Positions 9,862 to 20,109 are shown, numbered from the stretch's first letter. The stretch is 52,067 nucleotides of DNA from a virus (IMGVR_UViG_3300037245_001762:1-52067); one strand, 5' to 3'. Notes: a model not told the origin generated them from the letters alone. Numbers and translations are program-made.

Positions 9862-10962
9862 TCATATTTTTGCCTCTAAATGTTGTATAATTTCAAGGTT
9901 GTTATATTCTTCCTCACTCATATTATGCTTCCAAGCCATAGCATCACTAGCCGTCTTCAGGACTGGATTTACAAATGAAACACGTTTTTTCTTAGGATTA
10001 TCAATGTCTGGATATGTGAGAAATCTTAACTCTTCACCATCAAACTGTGTGGAGTATAATTCATTTCCAAATTTACCTTTATCAACAAGTGTTTTATCTA
10101 GTGTGTCTAGGATATTTTCAAAACCATAATGTTGTATTGCAACAAATCTCTGATCTACATTTTTTATAGTTAACAATTCTTTGGCACTTAGTTTTCTATT
10201 TACAACTTTACTCCATAATTCTTCTTCAAACACTACTCCACTAATTGCATAAAAACCATAACCTGATTTGAACTCTACGGCTTTCGACGTTATAGAGTGA
10301 AGTCTATTATTTTCATCTCTTTTTGTTTTAGGGCATTTTGATATTATACAAATATTTTCAAATACTATTAAATCCCATACTCCTTTTTTTAAAAATTCAA
10401 TTTGCTGGTTTGTTTTTTGTTTTAGTTTATCATCTACTTTTATCAATCCTGTTTTTAGATAAAAATCAATGTAAGCATAATACCAACTTCTCCACGATAG
10501 CCCACCTAATTGAGAAAAATGTGTTAACTGTTGGCTGTAAATCTGGCTGTCAATCTGGCTGCGAATCTGGCTGTCAATCTGGCTGCGAATCTGGCTGTAA
10601 ATCTGGCTGTCAATCTGGATGCGAATCTGGCTGTAAATCTGGCTGCGAATCTGGATGCCAATCTGGCTGTCAATCTGGCTGCCAATCTGGCTGCCAATCT
10701 GGCTGCCAATCTGGCTGCGAATCTGGCTGCCAATCTGGCTACCTTTTTTGTTTGATAAAATATTAGCAAGATATTGACATTGTAAAGGATCATCAAGAAT
10801 GACAATAGTTGGTTTTTTTCTATTATCTAATGTGTATAGTTGCTCCACACCTTTTTCTACATCTTTGATGGTGATGTCTCTTTGAGTTTGACATATTTGA
10901 AGCCACCCATCTCTCGTTTTTGTGATTTCAAGTTTTTGGGATTCTGTTAGGTATGTAATCAT
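9862..10962 (-). CDS. DUF6745-like protein with internal tetrapeptide repeat
   Basis: N-terminal MITYLTESQ; RDENNRLHS...AVEFKSGYGFYAISGV; NVDQR; AMAW. Confidence 0.7.
   Translation of the reverse strand: MITYLTESQKLEITKTRDGWLQICQTQRDITIKDVEKGVEQLYTLDNRKKPTIVILDDPLQCQYLANILSNKKGSQIGSQIRSQIGSQIGSQIGSQIDSQIGIQIRSQIYSQIRIQIDSQIYSQIRSQIDSQIRSQIDSQIYSQQLTHFSQLGGLSWRSWYYAYIDFYLKTGLIKVDDKLKQKTNQQIEFLKKGVWDLIVFENICIISKCPKTKRDENNRLHSITSKAVEFKSGYGFYAISGVVFEEELWSKVVNRKLSAKELLTIKNVDQRFVAIQHYGFENILDTLDKTLVDKGKFGNELYSTQFDGEELRFLTYPDIDNPKKKRVSFVNPVLKTASDAMAWKHNMSEEEYNNLEIIQHLEAKI
10533..10740. repeat. Tandem repeat, 17 x 12 nt (coding strand AGC CAG ATT NNC)
   Basis: Directly visible GG(C/A)TGNNAATCT units encoding SQI[G/R/D/Y]. 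Confidence 0.95.
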
Positions 10963-11081
10963 GATATAATAACCACCAGTTATATATATATGTGTATCTA
11001 TAGATGAACTGTATATAGTGTTTTCATATATATCACATTCCAGGTAATGATTGTGTTACCATAGTATGTTTAAGTCTTTTT

Positions 11082-11450
11082 TCATAATAAAACATAGTCG
11101 TTGTGTGTTAACCACACTCTTTCATCATGTGTTAGTGGTGGGTTTACAAATATATCATAATATCTCTCTGCATCCTTACGTCTTAGTGCAATTCTCATAA
11201 AATAAACACCATGACGACTTTGATTAAATATAATAATTTTAGTGTTCTCCACATGATAAATATAACTGGTTCGTTTGTTACGTCTAGATTCTTGTATTGA
11301 TACTAGCCTAACCCTGTTACCGTTAATTTTTTTAACCTGTCTATTATATGTATTCCTGTCAGCTAAGAACATCATTTTATTTGGATCTACTCTTGCCATG
11401 TTATACTCCACGTTCTGGAGGAAGATCACTGGGTACGTTTTCCCTGTCAA
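11082..11450 (-). CDS. Hypothetical protein
   Basis: ORF track; likely start at MARVDP overlapping the upstream stop. Confidence 0.45.
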   Translation of the reverse strand: MTGKTYPVIFLQNVEYNMARVDPNKMMFLADRNTYNRQVKKINGNRVRLVSIQESRRNKRTSYIYHVENTKIIIFNQSRHGVYFMRIALRRKDAERYYDIFVNPPLTHDERVWLTHNDYVLL

Positions 11451-11886
11451 TGTCTTCCAATTCTATGTCATCATTTGTTTTCTTGCTGTATGGTGCTAGT
11501 ATGATTTTGTGTATTGAAACTACTATTACAAAGTTAATTGATGCTTGTGCAAGAAATTCAGATACACTAGACACATGAATTACTGTGTTGTCATCCATAG
11601 CTACATACATGAATGCACCTACTCCTATGATAACACCCAATAGTGTGGTTTTTCCCACCTTAACCCAATCAACAGATACATCCTCACCAGATAATGATTT
11701 TGCTATTTTACTAATATAACCAGTTGTGGTATAATACATACCGGCTGCTATAAATGTGGAAAATCCCAAAATTTGACTCAATAATGTGTAATCTGTGGTG
11801 GACTCACCCTGAGCATAAACATGTGATACACCTACACTAGACAAAAATATAATAAACCCTATTAATATAGTTTTCTTAAGATTCAA
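11401..11886 (-). CDS. Membrane protein with signal peptide
   Basis: N-terminal signal and about 3 hydrophobic segments. Confidence 0.6.
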   Translation of the reverse strand: MNLKKTILIGFIIFLSSVGVSHVYAQGESTTDYTLLSQILGFSTFIAAGMYYTTTGYISKIAKSLSGEDVSVDWVKVGKTTLLGVIIGVGAFMYVAMDDNTVIHVSSVSEFLAQASINFVIVVSIHKIILAPYSKKTNDDIELEDIDRENVPSDLPPERGV

Positions 11887-12125
11887 TAATATTTGTATTA
11901 TCTCATATTATTTAAAGTTTTTTGATAGTTCCTGTCCAAGAATTGGTGCACATATAACTATGGAATGATATTAAAATATTGGCAATTAAGCTCTTCATGA
12001 GAGCACTACTATATTTTTAGTTATCTACAGAATCAAAGATATCACATAAATTATACCAGTGACAACGTGATTTTTTACCACTAGAATATTTGACATCCAT
12101 TTTCTGGAGTCTCTTTTTTATGGTA

Positions 12126-12338
12126 TTAAGAATTTCCATACTCATTTAGGATCTTCCCCATTTGTGGAAATGCAACAACCAATCCTGATAGTATTGGCCA
12201 AATAAACATTTCAATTAAACCAAAAATTAGTATCTCGGTAGAAATTACATGTACTGGAATTATTACAACCATACCCGAAGAATAACCTAAAATGAAACTG
12301 GCTAAAATTTTTGCTCCTCTTTTTTTCCAGTTTATCAT
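12126..12338 (-). CDS. Small two-TM membrane protein (holin-like)
   Basis: Basic N-terminus followed by two hydrophobic helices. Confidence 0.45.
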   Translation of the reverse strand: MINWKKRGAKILASFILGYSSGMVVIIPVHVISTEILIFGLIEMFIWPILSGLVVAFPQMGKILNEYGNS

Positions 12339-12370
12339 TTAGATTCTCCATATATTTGATCTAGTCATTA

Positions 12371-13873
12371 TCACAGACTAACCTTTAGACTTACTTGTGA
12401 TATGAGAATAGTTGCAGCCGTACTATCATAGTTCTTCACTGCTATTTGTAATGTATCAGTTGTAGTTAGTTCTATACCATTAGTTCTTGATATTTGAACC
12501 TTTCCAGCGTTTACTGTATGTGGTGGATTAAAGCCAATCTCAGTACCATTTTTTAATAATACTATTCCTATATCTAGAGAACCACCACCACTTTTTTCTA
12601 TTGTTGCACCATACTCTATAGAATATCGTCTTGTTTTAACAGCATTACAAATTACTTGCCCTTCATTTGATACACCCTCAATAAATCTCTCTAAGCCACT
12701 AAATGCCCAACTAGCACTAGTAATCACCTCAAAGGCATCCTGAGCTAGAGATGAACTGCTAACTTCAGCACCAAAAATCTCTAGTCCTGTTTCTGCTGTC
12801 CACATACTATCATCTACTCCTTCGTTGTTTTCTGCCAATACTTGTGGGTCAGTTTGGTCTCTACTAGATGCATTAAAGAAACCACTTTGATCACCATCAA
12901 ATACTGCTGCTATCAGAAATTGGGCAGATGCACCTGTTGTTGTTATAACAAAGTTACCATTATAATTAGATGAGGCAAACCCAAGTAATTCGACACATTG
13001 ACCATCAATTAGATTATGTGGCCCTGTAGATGTGACCTCAACTATTCCTGGACTAAAATCTATCATAGAATTAGTTGCTTGGTCAGGTAATACTTTGAAG
13101 AGATCTCCTGGTTGTGCATCTGAATCTCTTACTGTAAATATACTTCCATCAGGAGAACATTTTCCAAAATCTAATAATGAATCACCTGCGGAATATCCAA
13201 ATGTTCTAAGTGTATTTATAGTGATATTTGGAGGAAAATTACCTGTAATAACAGTAAGTAATGTTAGACCTGTTGCGGTAGATTGGTTACCAGCACTATT
13301 AATTATTGCACCACCTAAAGTATTTCGTGTTATAAGACCATTATTGAGAAAAGCAAAAGCACAATCTCTAAAACGATAAAATGGTATATCTATTGTTCCC
13401 AGTGAATCAAAAGCAGCAAAGATGGTATAATCTACTTCAATAATATTAGTACCTAATATATCAAATACAGAATTTGTTCCATTACCTGCGAGGGTAATTC
13501 TACTTGATACAATATTGAAAATTGCATTTATTGGATTTAGGTTTTGAAATAGTGCTCCTGCCCCTGTATATGTTAATACAGTATTTGGAACTGGTGAAAA
13601 GATTTGTAAAGTTGAACCTAAACCAATCTTGAAGGGTTTTGTGAGAGTGAAGGATTTACCAATAACTACTCCTATGTTATCTCCATCTAGAATTTCTATA
13701 TTTGAACCTAGTTCTAATTCTAGTTGTGCTTGGTCTAGTGCATAAATAAGATCTGGTGGCTGAAGTGGAATTGAGCCTTTGAATGTAACACCATCTTGAT
13801 TAAATGGTGCAACTGCTGTTCTTTTTCTTAAAAGTTCCCCGTTAAGTAGTTGATCTATTGTAATTTCTGCCAT
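12371..13873 (-). CDS. Putative virion fibre/spike protein
   Basis: Beta-helix-like middle; VTSTGPHNLIDGQCVEL..YNGNFVIT module; coupled to the upstream LamG gene. Confidence 0.5.
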   Translation of the reverse strand: MAEITIDQLLNGELLRKRTAVAPFNQDGVTFKGSIPLQPPDLIYALDQAQLELELGSNIEILDGDNIGVVIGKSFTLTKPFKIGLGSTLQIFSPVPNTVLTYTGAGALFQNLNPINAIFNIVSSRITLAGNGTNSVFDILGTNIIEVDYTIFAAFDSLGTIDIPFYRFRDCAFAFLNNGLITRNTLGGAIINSAGNQSTATGLTLLTVITGNFPPNITINTLRTFGYSAGDSLLDFGKCSPDGSIFTVRDSDAQPGDLFKVLPDQATNSMIDFSPGIVEVTSTGPHNLIDGQCVELLGFASSNYNGNFVITTTGASAQFLIAAVFDGDQSGFFNASSRDQTDPQVLAENNEGVDDSMWTAETGLEIFGAEVSSSSLAQDAFEVITSASWAFSGLERFIEGVSNEGQVICNAVKTRRYSIEYGATIEKSGGGSLDIGIVLLKNGTEIGFNPPHTVNAGKVQISRTNGIELTTTDTLQIAVKNYDSTAATILISQVSLKVSL

Positions 13874-16053
13874 TAGTTTCCCACCGCCACAAGCCTATTT
13901 CCTAAATTATCTACAAGGAAATTTTTCTCACCGTTTTCTAGTAATGGAGTCTTAAACCAATATGCATCATTATCATTTTGATTGTTAAATGTTGTAGCAA
14001 CATAATCTGCACTTCTAAATTTATTTGAGAACTTAACCTCATCTAGTATTCCATCAAGTGACATAATACTCTGAAACCCACCAGCTAAACTATCTTGGTC
14101 TTGAGCATAAACCAATGCACCGCCATCTGTAAAAGATACTCCCTGTTGATGTATTGTCTCAAATACATTAACACCATCAAGATATACAATTAATTTACCA
14201 TCTGATGAACGCCATGTAATTACAAGATGATGAAGAATATTATCATCAAGTGCAAGACCAGTATCTACAGATACACCAGTGATATACACAAGTAGTGATG
14301 ATGGTTGAATTACAAGAAAATGATTAAATCCAGCACCACCCATACCTGGAACACCATATGAGATTAATCCTGATGCACCCTTACTAGTTTTAAACCAAAA
14401 CTCACAGGTTAATTCAGTTGTTGGGAATCCTGTATATGGATTTCTTATTGAATAATCATCAACTGTTCCATCGTACTGTTGAGCATTTCCTATTACACCT
14501 GGCACTGGTATTAGTGCAGAGCCAAAGTTGGTCATGTTTTGTGCGTTACCTGTAGAATCGTCTGCGTTATTTTGTAAGTTATAAACTGACTTGTAGTTTA
14601 CATCATATACTGCTGGTGGGTTTTGACCATCTGTATCTGTTGATTTTCCAAATGTTAATTGTACAATCTGACCATCTTTAACCACACCCATCTTAAACAC
14701 AAGTATAATATCTGCTGATGTATCTAGGTTTATTGTAACATCTACACTTTCATAAGGTAATGGATTTCCTGCAAAGTCAAATACTCTAATATCAAAACCA
14801 GATGCTTGTTGTAATATTCCAATTCCTAGAGTATCTGTAATTACTAGAGGTATGTTTGTTTGTATTGGGACTTGTTCTTCTAATCCTATAGAAAAAAATG
14901 CATCATCATCATTTTGATTGTTATATACTGTCTTCATCCAGTCAGGCGATACAGCACCATTTATCATATTAAATTCATCAAGGCTACCATCAAGTTGTAT
15001 TGGTGCATTTCTATCATCACCTATTTGTAGTCTTGACCCAGCAGATGTTGGTTTTGGGTTGATTGTTGTTGTAAAGGATAATTCACCATCCATATACATT
15101 TCTAAGGTGGTAATATCTCGAACGACAAAACCAACTAGATGGTCTTCATTTATTGAAAGAGTCATTCCTGAGGCTATATTTGGGTCATCAGGAAAGAAAA
15201 GATCTAATTCACCATCTAATACTGAAAAATGCCAGTCCTCATTTCCCGCACCACCAGGATTGAACCATTTTGATGCAATTAAATGAAAAGCATTGCTAGT
15301 TTGTATGTTTATCCAACAGTAAACAGCAATATTAGTAGTGTCTAGTGATGGGTTGGCAGGTGTGAAATAAACATCTGTTAGCCCAAAAAATTTAGCGGCT
15401 CCAATTTTTCCTGCTGTATTTTCGGGACCACCGCCAACAATACCATCATTACCATTTGATGTGCTGTCTATGATGTTTCCTGACTGTTGATTCATGTGTT
15501 GGTTTACAACAAAATTATTACTCCAAACAGCGTTTTTATCTTGTTCATCTACTGCCAAAGGATTATCATAGTATATGAAAATATCATCGGCATCGCTAAT
15601 AGTTGGCATTTTTACCGTAGCAATTATCTTACCAGTTAAAGTATCAAATTCTTCAATTTCGTACTTTAGCTGTATATTATCTAATTTTGTGAATCTTAAT
15701 TCTTCTTCTGTGAATCCAATTAAACTAGGGATTGTTCTATTTATCTTTGTAGGAAAATCGTTTTGTGTTGATGGTACCTTCCCTACATTAATGGTTAATT
15801 GGACTCTTTTTTGCCACAAAAGATTAAACCAATCTACATTTTGTGATGTAGATGGGACTTGACCTCTTCTTATTTGATAAAATTTATAAAATTGATATGT
15901 ATCATCTGCTATTGGTGGGAATAGTGCTAGAAGTTGTTTGCCTGTTATAGGTGTTATACCTACTCCAAGCCCCTGTGGAGGCCAGTAGTTAGGTCTTAAT
16001 CTGTGTCTTAAAACTTGTAATTGTGATGTGCCTTGTGATGGAAAAAACACCAT
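13873..16053 (-). CDS. DUF2341 + LamG-like (concanavalin) adhesin with two nested modules
   Basis: Two copies of YEIE/YESV..., YYDNP/TFGK, DSTSNGNDG/DSTGNAQN, DGSLDE/DGILDE, YNNQND/FNNQND; start at ATG overlapping the TAA of 16053..16439. Confidence 0.75.
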   Translation of the reverse strand: MVFFPSQGTSQLQVLRHRLRPNYWPPQGLGVGITPITGKQLLALFPPIADDTYQFYKFYQIRRGQVPSTSQNVDWFNLLWQKRVQLTINVGKVPSTQNDFPTKINRTIPSLIGFTEEELRFTKLDNIQLKYEIEEFDTLTGKIIATVKMPTISDADDIFIYYDNPLAVDEQDKNAVWSNNFVVNQHMNQQSGNIIDSTSNGNDGIVGGGPENTAGKIGAAKFFGLTDVYFTPANPSLDTTNIAVYCWINIQTSNAFHLIASKWFNPGGAGNEDWHFSVLDGELDLFFPDDPNIASGMTLSINEDHLVGFVVRDITTLEMYMDGELSFTTTINPKPTSAGSRLQIGDDRNAPIQLDGSLDEFNMINGAVSPDWMKTVYNNQNDDDAFFSIGLEEQVPIQTNIPLVITDTLGIGILQQASGFDIRVFDFAGNPLPYESVDVTINLDTSADIILVFKMGVVKDGQIVQLTFGKSTDTDGQNPPAVYDVNYKSVYNLQNNADDSTGNAQNMTNFGSALIPVPGVIGNAQQYDGTVDDYSIRNPYTGFPTTELTCEFWFKTSKGASGLISYGVPGMGGAGFNHFLVIQPSSLLVYITGVSVDTGLALDDNILHHLVITWRSSDGKLIVYLDGVNVFETIHQQGVSFTDGGALVYAQDQDSLAGGFQSIMSLDGILDEVKFSNKFRSADYVATTFNNQNDNDAYWFKTPLLENGEKNFLVDNLGNRLVAVGN

Positions 16054-16439
16054 TACTCTCTGTTCACCTGATCTATAAAGCACTCTGCATTAGCTGTCAC
16101 GGTGGAAAACTTTATGTTGAAAGTGGATGTGTTAATCACTCTGACATCAAAGGCAAATTCGGCATTAGCCGTTATAGCCACACCATTATTAACAGCCTTG
16201 AAAAATGTACCGTCAGTTGTGTATAAAATTATATCATCGGTAGCAACAGTTAACCATATTCTAATTCTTCCTACCTCACCATCATCTAACTCAACTGGAA
16301 TTACATCAGATGCAAACCAATTGGTTGTACTTTTTGATGTATTGGTAAAATTATCTAAAGGCTTTGAATCTGCCTGTAAATTAACCTGTTTAGCTTGATA
16401 ACCTGGCTGTTTACTAGGTACTGTAGGAGTAAGTGTCAT
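16053..16439 (-). CDS. Putative structural protein
   Basis: Beta-rich; first gene of the adhesin operon; TATATATG start context. Confidence 0.45.
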   Translation of the reverse strand: MTLTPTVPSKQPGYQAKQVNLQADSKPLDNFTNTSKSTTNWFASDVIPVELDDGEVGRIRIWLTVATDDIILYTTDGTFFKAVNNGVAITANAEFAFDVRVINTSTFNIKFSTVTANAECFIDQVNRE

Positions 16440-16501
16440 ATATATGTTACTATTGAAAAAACATAGTATTTAAATACTATATACGTCAATATTACACAGA
16501 T

Positions 16502-17434
16502 TTAAATATCTGTAAAATAGTCTATTTCACTATCTTTGTTCATTTTTATCTCACCCTCATGGAATTCTTGGTTGCCGGAGGTTGAGAAACTGCAGCAAAA
16601 TTCTTGCTCAAATAGATAACCATACTCTTTTTTTAGACTCTCAATGTCTTCCTTAAATAGCATTTTTCCCAAAGAGACTTGGTATGGTTGAAGTAATGGG
16701 TAAAAGTCTATTGTTGGTGGTTCTTCATTAGCCTTATCAAATATCTCAAAGAAAAAGTTACTCCTACCGTTAGGGGTAGATTCTAATATGAAATCCGCGT
16801 CTATAATATTAGCAAGATTTGGTCTTACAGCCTTATAAACCACACTATCATCATGCCTGTTCACAAAAGCAGCCTCAGACATAAACACACAAATTACATT
16901 TTCCTCACCTCTAACAGATTCATTTGCTGGGTAGGCTGTAATTGTTATACCGTTGAATAAATCAACTACATTTTTAGCGTCATTTAATACTATATCACCC
17001 TCTTCCCAGAAATTTCCGTTAATGTCTGTAAAACCATTCATAAAAAGTGCCTTAAATCGTTTTATAAATTCGTTGGCTATACTCTGTGTGTTTCCAGCTA
17101 CGATCATAACCTTATGTTCTACGTATCTACCCTTAACAACCCTCCCTTTTATAATGTGATCAAAGCAGTTATACGCTATTGTTCTTAAAGCTGTCTCTGT
17201 TGCACCTATCTTTCTAGACTTGTTTAATATGACCTTGTGTTTTTTTTGTACGGCGTTAAAATACTCTAACTGATAATCAAATATATCAGTTCGCACACCG
17301 TTGTTTGGGTGTTTTGGGTTTCCAATCATTCTGTTAAATTCTATAAAATCATACGGCATAACTATAGAGTGGTTTTTTTTAGATATGTTTTTTGTCCAGA
17401 TCTCCAGTTGTTTGGAACTATTCTTTACACCCAT
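16502..17434 (-). CDS. terL: Terminase large subunit, ATPase domain only
   Basis: DYQ adenine-binding motif, Walker A KSRKIGAT, Walker B VFMSEAAF, coupling motif STPNG; ends just after FEQEFCCSF with no nuclease domain. Confidence 0.85.
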   Translation of the reverse strand: MGVKNSSKQLEIWTKNISKKNHSIVMPYDFIEFNRMIGNPKHPNNGVRTDIFDYQLEYFNAVQKKHKVILNKSRKIGATETALRTIAYNCFDHIIKGRVVKGRYVEHKVMIVAGNTQSIANEFIKRFKALFMNGFTDINGNFWEEGDIVLNDAKNVVDLFNGITITAYPANESVRGEENVICVFMSEAAFVNRHDDSVVYKAVRPNLANIIDADFILESTPNGRSNFFFEIFDKANEEPPTIDFYPLLQPYQVSLGKMLFKEDIESLKKEYGYLFEQEFCCSFSTSGNQEFHEGEIKMNKDSEIDYFTDI

Positions 17435-17472
17435 ATATAAGTGTTATTGCTGTAATATTATTTAAGTATTTA
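17432..17472 (-). promoter_or_regulatory. Shared packaging-gene promoter, copy 1
   Basis: + strand CATATATAAGTGTTATTGCTGTAATA identical at 17432, 49736 and 51253, including the start codon; TTAAATA TATA box adjacent. Confidence 0.85.
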
Positions 17473-17736
17473 TTAATCCTCCTCCTCTTCATCATAAGAT
17501 AATTCTAATAGTAACTGTGTTTTCCACTTTAGCCTCTCATCCTCTGTCTCATTCTTTATCATTAATTCATCATTAGGTATTTCAGGTATTGGTATACCTA
17601 TCTTGGAAAAGTCCTCTATTAATCGTTCATATTTTATCTGGTACATTGAATCACTCATTGTTTTTTGACTGTTCTCTATATGCCACATAATTCTTGACAG
17701 ATCTTTAGAGTCAAATTCCAGCCTAGCCATTAACAT
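17473..17736 (-). CDS. Hypothetical protein (positional candidate for small terminase)
   Basis: Immediately upstream of the TerL ATPase gene; no diagnostic motif. Confidence 0.35.
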   Translation of the reverse strand: MLMARLEFDSKDLSRIMWHIENSQKTMSDSMYQIKYERLIEDFSKIGIPIPEIPNDELMIKNETEDERLKWKTQLLLELSYDEEEED

Positions 17737-17769
17737 TACATTTATATATAACCTAATATAAATGTGTAA

Positions 17770-18045
17770 TTAAACTGTTCTTGTAGTTAATTTAGTGTGG
17801 TTATGTTTTTTATTGTTTTCATACCGTTCTTTAGCATAGGCTAACTTATACTCCCTGTTATTTTCATACCATTCTTTATGTCTGGCTAAGTCATACTCCT
17901 TATTATTTTCACGCCATTCTTTATTTTTGGCTAACCTATATTCCCTGTTATTTTCATGCCATTCCTTTTTATAAGATGCATGATATTCACTGTTATTTTC
18001 ACGCCATTCTTTATTTTTGGCTTTTTTATGTTCGTCACTTACCAT
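17770..18045 (-). CDS. Charged helical repeat protein (15-aa KEWxENNxEY repeats)
   Basis: ~45-nt tandem repeats; resembles HNH N-terminal repeats but has no nuclease domain. Confidence 0.55.
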   Translation of the reverse strand: MVSDEHKKAKNKEWRENNSEYHASYKKEWHENNREYRLAKNKEWRENNKEYDLARHKEWYENNREYKLAYAKERYENNKKHNHTKLTTRTV

Positions 18046-18218
18046 ATTTTTTTAACAACCTCTTATATTTTTTAGATGTTTTATCAATTCTGTAATTTCT
18101 TGGTTTATATTTTTTTAACCATTCATTATATACATTAATACCTTCATTGAATGTTTTGTTAATTTCCTTATCTGATAAGGTGAGTGTTCTAGTTTTAATA
18201 ATGTTTCACCATATAACC

Positions 18219-18344
18219 TTACTTTTTCTTATCCTTTTTTCGTTGTGGTATTACAACATCATTTATACATGATGTACAAAATGTCTGTATAAAATATACA
18301 GACTCACCACAATAAGCACATTTCCGAACAGTTGTGTTACTCAA
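18219..18344 (-). CDS. Small Zn-finger peptide
   Basis: Manual: MSNTTVRKCAYCGESVYFIQTFCTSCINDVVIPQRKKDKKK; start overlaps the upstream stop. Confidence 0.45.
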   Translation of the reverse strand: MSNTTVRKCAYCGESVYFIQTFCTSCINDVVIPQRKKDKKK

Positions 18345-19156
18345 TAGTGCCTCACTAGTGGCTTTATATCCATCTCTGCTATATGTTTTTTTACTAGTAT
18401 TTCACCATTAGATTCTACAATAACTTCTACCATTCCTATATCTGGTGTTGTTCCTGCAACACCACCTCTAAATAAATGTCCATCAGGGTACTTCCAAGCA
18501 GGAGTAATTATCCCGTGTGTATGTACAAATTCTACGTGGACAAAATAATGAACGTGTGATCTTGCTAGAACATCAAAACGACCCATCTTACCCTTTTCAA
18601 ACACCATACCTGCCATTTCTCTGGATAGAGCCGTCGTCCTATATGATGCCCATTTATTAAATCCCACGTGGTGAGAACAATTAAATATCTTTCCGTTTAA
18701 ATCAAATATTGCATAATAATCAGTAAACCCACTACCTCCAAATGCCTTATATCTACCTGCATCCATCTGTCGTGCAAATATTTCCTCAAAGTTTGTACCT
18801 TGCAAGTCTACGTGATAACCTGAACCTCTGGTAATTAAAAGATTTTTGTAGGGTATTTTTTTAACTAACTTACCTGCATCAATTAATTGATCTTGGATGT
18901 TTGTTGACCATGATTGTTTTCCTAATCCTTTAGGATTTCCACCATCACAGGGCTCACCGTTAATTACCAATACATCTGGTTTTTGGTGTAACTCGTCTAT
19001 ACACTCATTCCAAACACTGTATAATTCTTTTTGTAATTTGGTCGGATTATGTACAGTTCCTAAATCTGCAATTTCTGGTTCCTGTGTACATATAGACGTG
19101 GAACTTCCCACGTGCATGTCTGAAACAAGTAATACAGATTTAGAACTCTTTGCCAT
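18341..19156 (-). CDS. Calcineurin-like metallophosphoesterase
   Basis: SDMHVG, VINGE..DG, GSGYH, SHH, RSHVH motifs. Confidence 0.8.
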   Translation of the reverse strand: MAKSSKSVLLVSDMHVGSSTSICTQEPEIADLGTVHNPTKLQKELYSVWNECIDELHQKPDVLVINGEPCDGGNPKGLGKQSWSTNIQDQLIDAGKLVKKIPYKNLLITRGSGYHVDLQGTNFEEIFARQMDAGRYKAFGGSGFTDYYAIFDLNGKIFNCSHHVGFNKWASYRTTALSREMAGMVFEKGKMGRFDVLARSHVHYFVHVEFVHTHGIITPAWKYPDGHLFRGGVAGTTPDIGMVEVIVESNGEILVKKHIAEMDIKPLVRHY

Positions 19157-19193
19157 TAAAACTTATTTCTCATATAACACTATATTAACCTTA

Positions 19194-19385
19194 CTATACA
19201 GTACGATGTATAGGTTCACGACCTAATCTAACATAAATTCTATGTAGTTCATCCTCCAACTCTCTAATACCATAATCAAACACAGCACTACATTTTTTTA
19301 TTTTACATTCTAATAATATATAATTTAGACGTGACAGTAATTCACGTACATTCCCACCACACATAGTGCATACTATCTCATCCAT
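19194..19385 (-). CDS. Small Zn-binding protein
   Basis: CTMC...CKIKKC. Confidence 0.4.
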   Translation of the reverse strand: MDEIVCTMCGGNVRELLSRLNYILLECKIKKCSAVFDYGIRELEDELHRIYVRLGREPIHRTV

Positions 19386-19515
19386 TTATCTAAAACCTCT
19401 CCAACATATCTACACTCTCCACATAGACACCACCCACCAAAATTGGTTAATATGTTCCCTTCCGAATTACCACATTTCTTACAAATCATAAACATATATT
19501 ATGTTGTGGTACTAT

Positions 19516-19734
19516 TTATCTATTTCTGCCACCAACAGGTTTAAGAAAATATGTCACCTTTTGATCTCCTGGGTTGTTTGGTGGGCTTATAAGCACAACT
19601 TGCCATAGTTTTTTGGATTTTTCTAATCTCATCTGTGTACCCAATGAAGGTCTTAACCCTTCGTCAAGTTTGCTAGTCTGAATAAATCTGTTTGGTTTAC
19701 CATATAAACCTAACTCAAAAAAGTCATAATTCAT
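19516..19734 (-). CDS. Possible head-closure/adaptor protein
   Basis: Coupled to 19731..20072; WQVV...TYFLK beta pattern. Confidence 0.3.
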   Translation of the reverse strand: MNYDFFELGLYGKPNRFIQTSKLDEGLRPSLGTQMRLEKSKKLWQVVLISPPNNPGDQKVTYFLKPVGGRNR

Positions 19735-20072
19735 AGTGGATTGCTAGCCTTAAACTTTGGACGTCCAAACCTACCTCGTATATACCTCTGTAATTTATCC
19801 TCATAGTCCTTATTCATTTCTTCTGTACCATTTTCTAAATAGTAGAAATATGCAACTGCTCCAAAATTAACCAGTTCAAACTCTATTTCAGTAGGGTTTA
19901 TTATTGGATTTGTAGCATCATCTTGTGTGCCTATGTTAAACATTGCTTGTGTGAACAACCCCTGGGAATATTCACCGGCCTCCCTTAATCTACGATTTGT
20001 GGTCTCATCATTTGCATCAACCTCACCTATGGTACTTCGTAACTTGTCCAAATTGTAAAGTCTTGTACCCAT
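19731..20072 (-). CDS. Possible head-tail connector protein
   Basis: Size and helical pattern (Y..LDKLRS..G, AVAYFY) resemble gp15-like connectors. Confidence 0.4.
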   Translation of the reverse strand: MGTRLYNLDKLRSTIGEVDANDETTNRRLREAGEYSQGLFTQAMFNIGTQDDATNPIINPTEIEFELVNFGAVAYFYYLENGTEEMNKDYEDKLQRYIRGRFGRPKFKASNPL

Positions 20073-20109
20073 AACATTTATATATAACCACTGTTATTTA
20101 AGTTATTAG

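Noticed and set aside
10533-10740. CRISPR array or DGR variable region
   Set aside because: Contiguous 12-nt units without spacers; no cas operon, template repeat or reverse transcriptase in the window
10338-10805. Overlapping ORFs with CQSG, AANL and AARL repeats
   Set aside because: Shadow frames of the stop-free 12-nt repeat; only the SQIx frame continues into a recognisable protein
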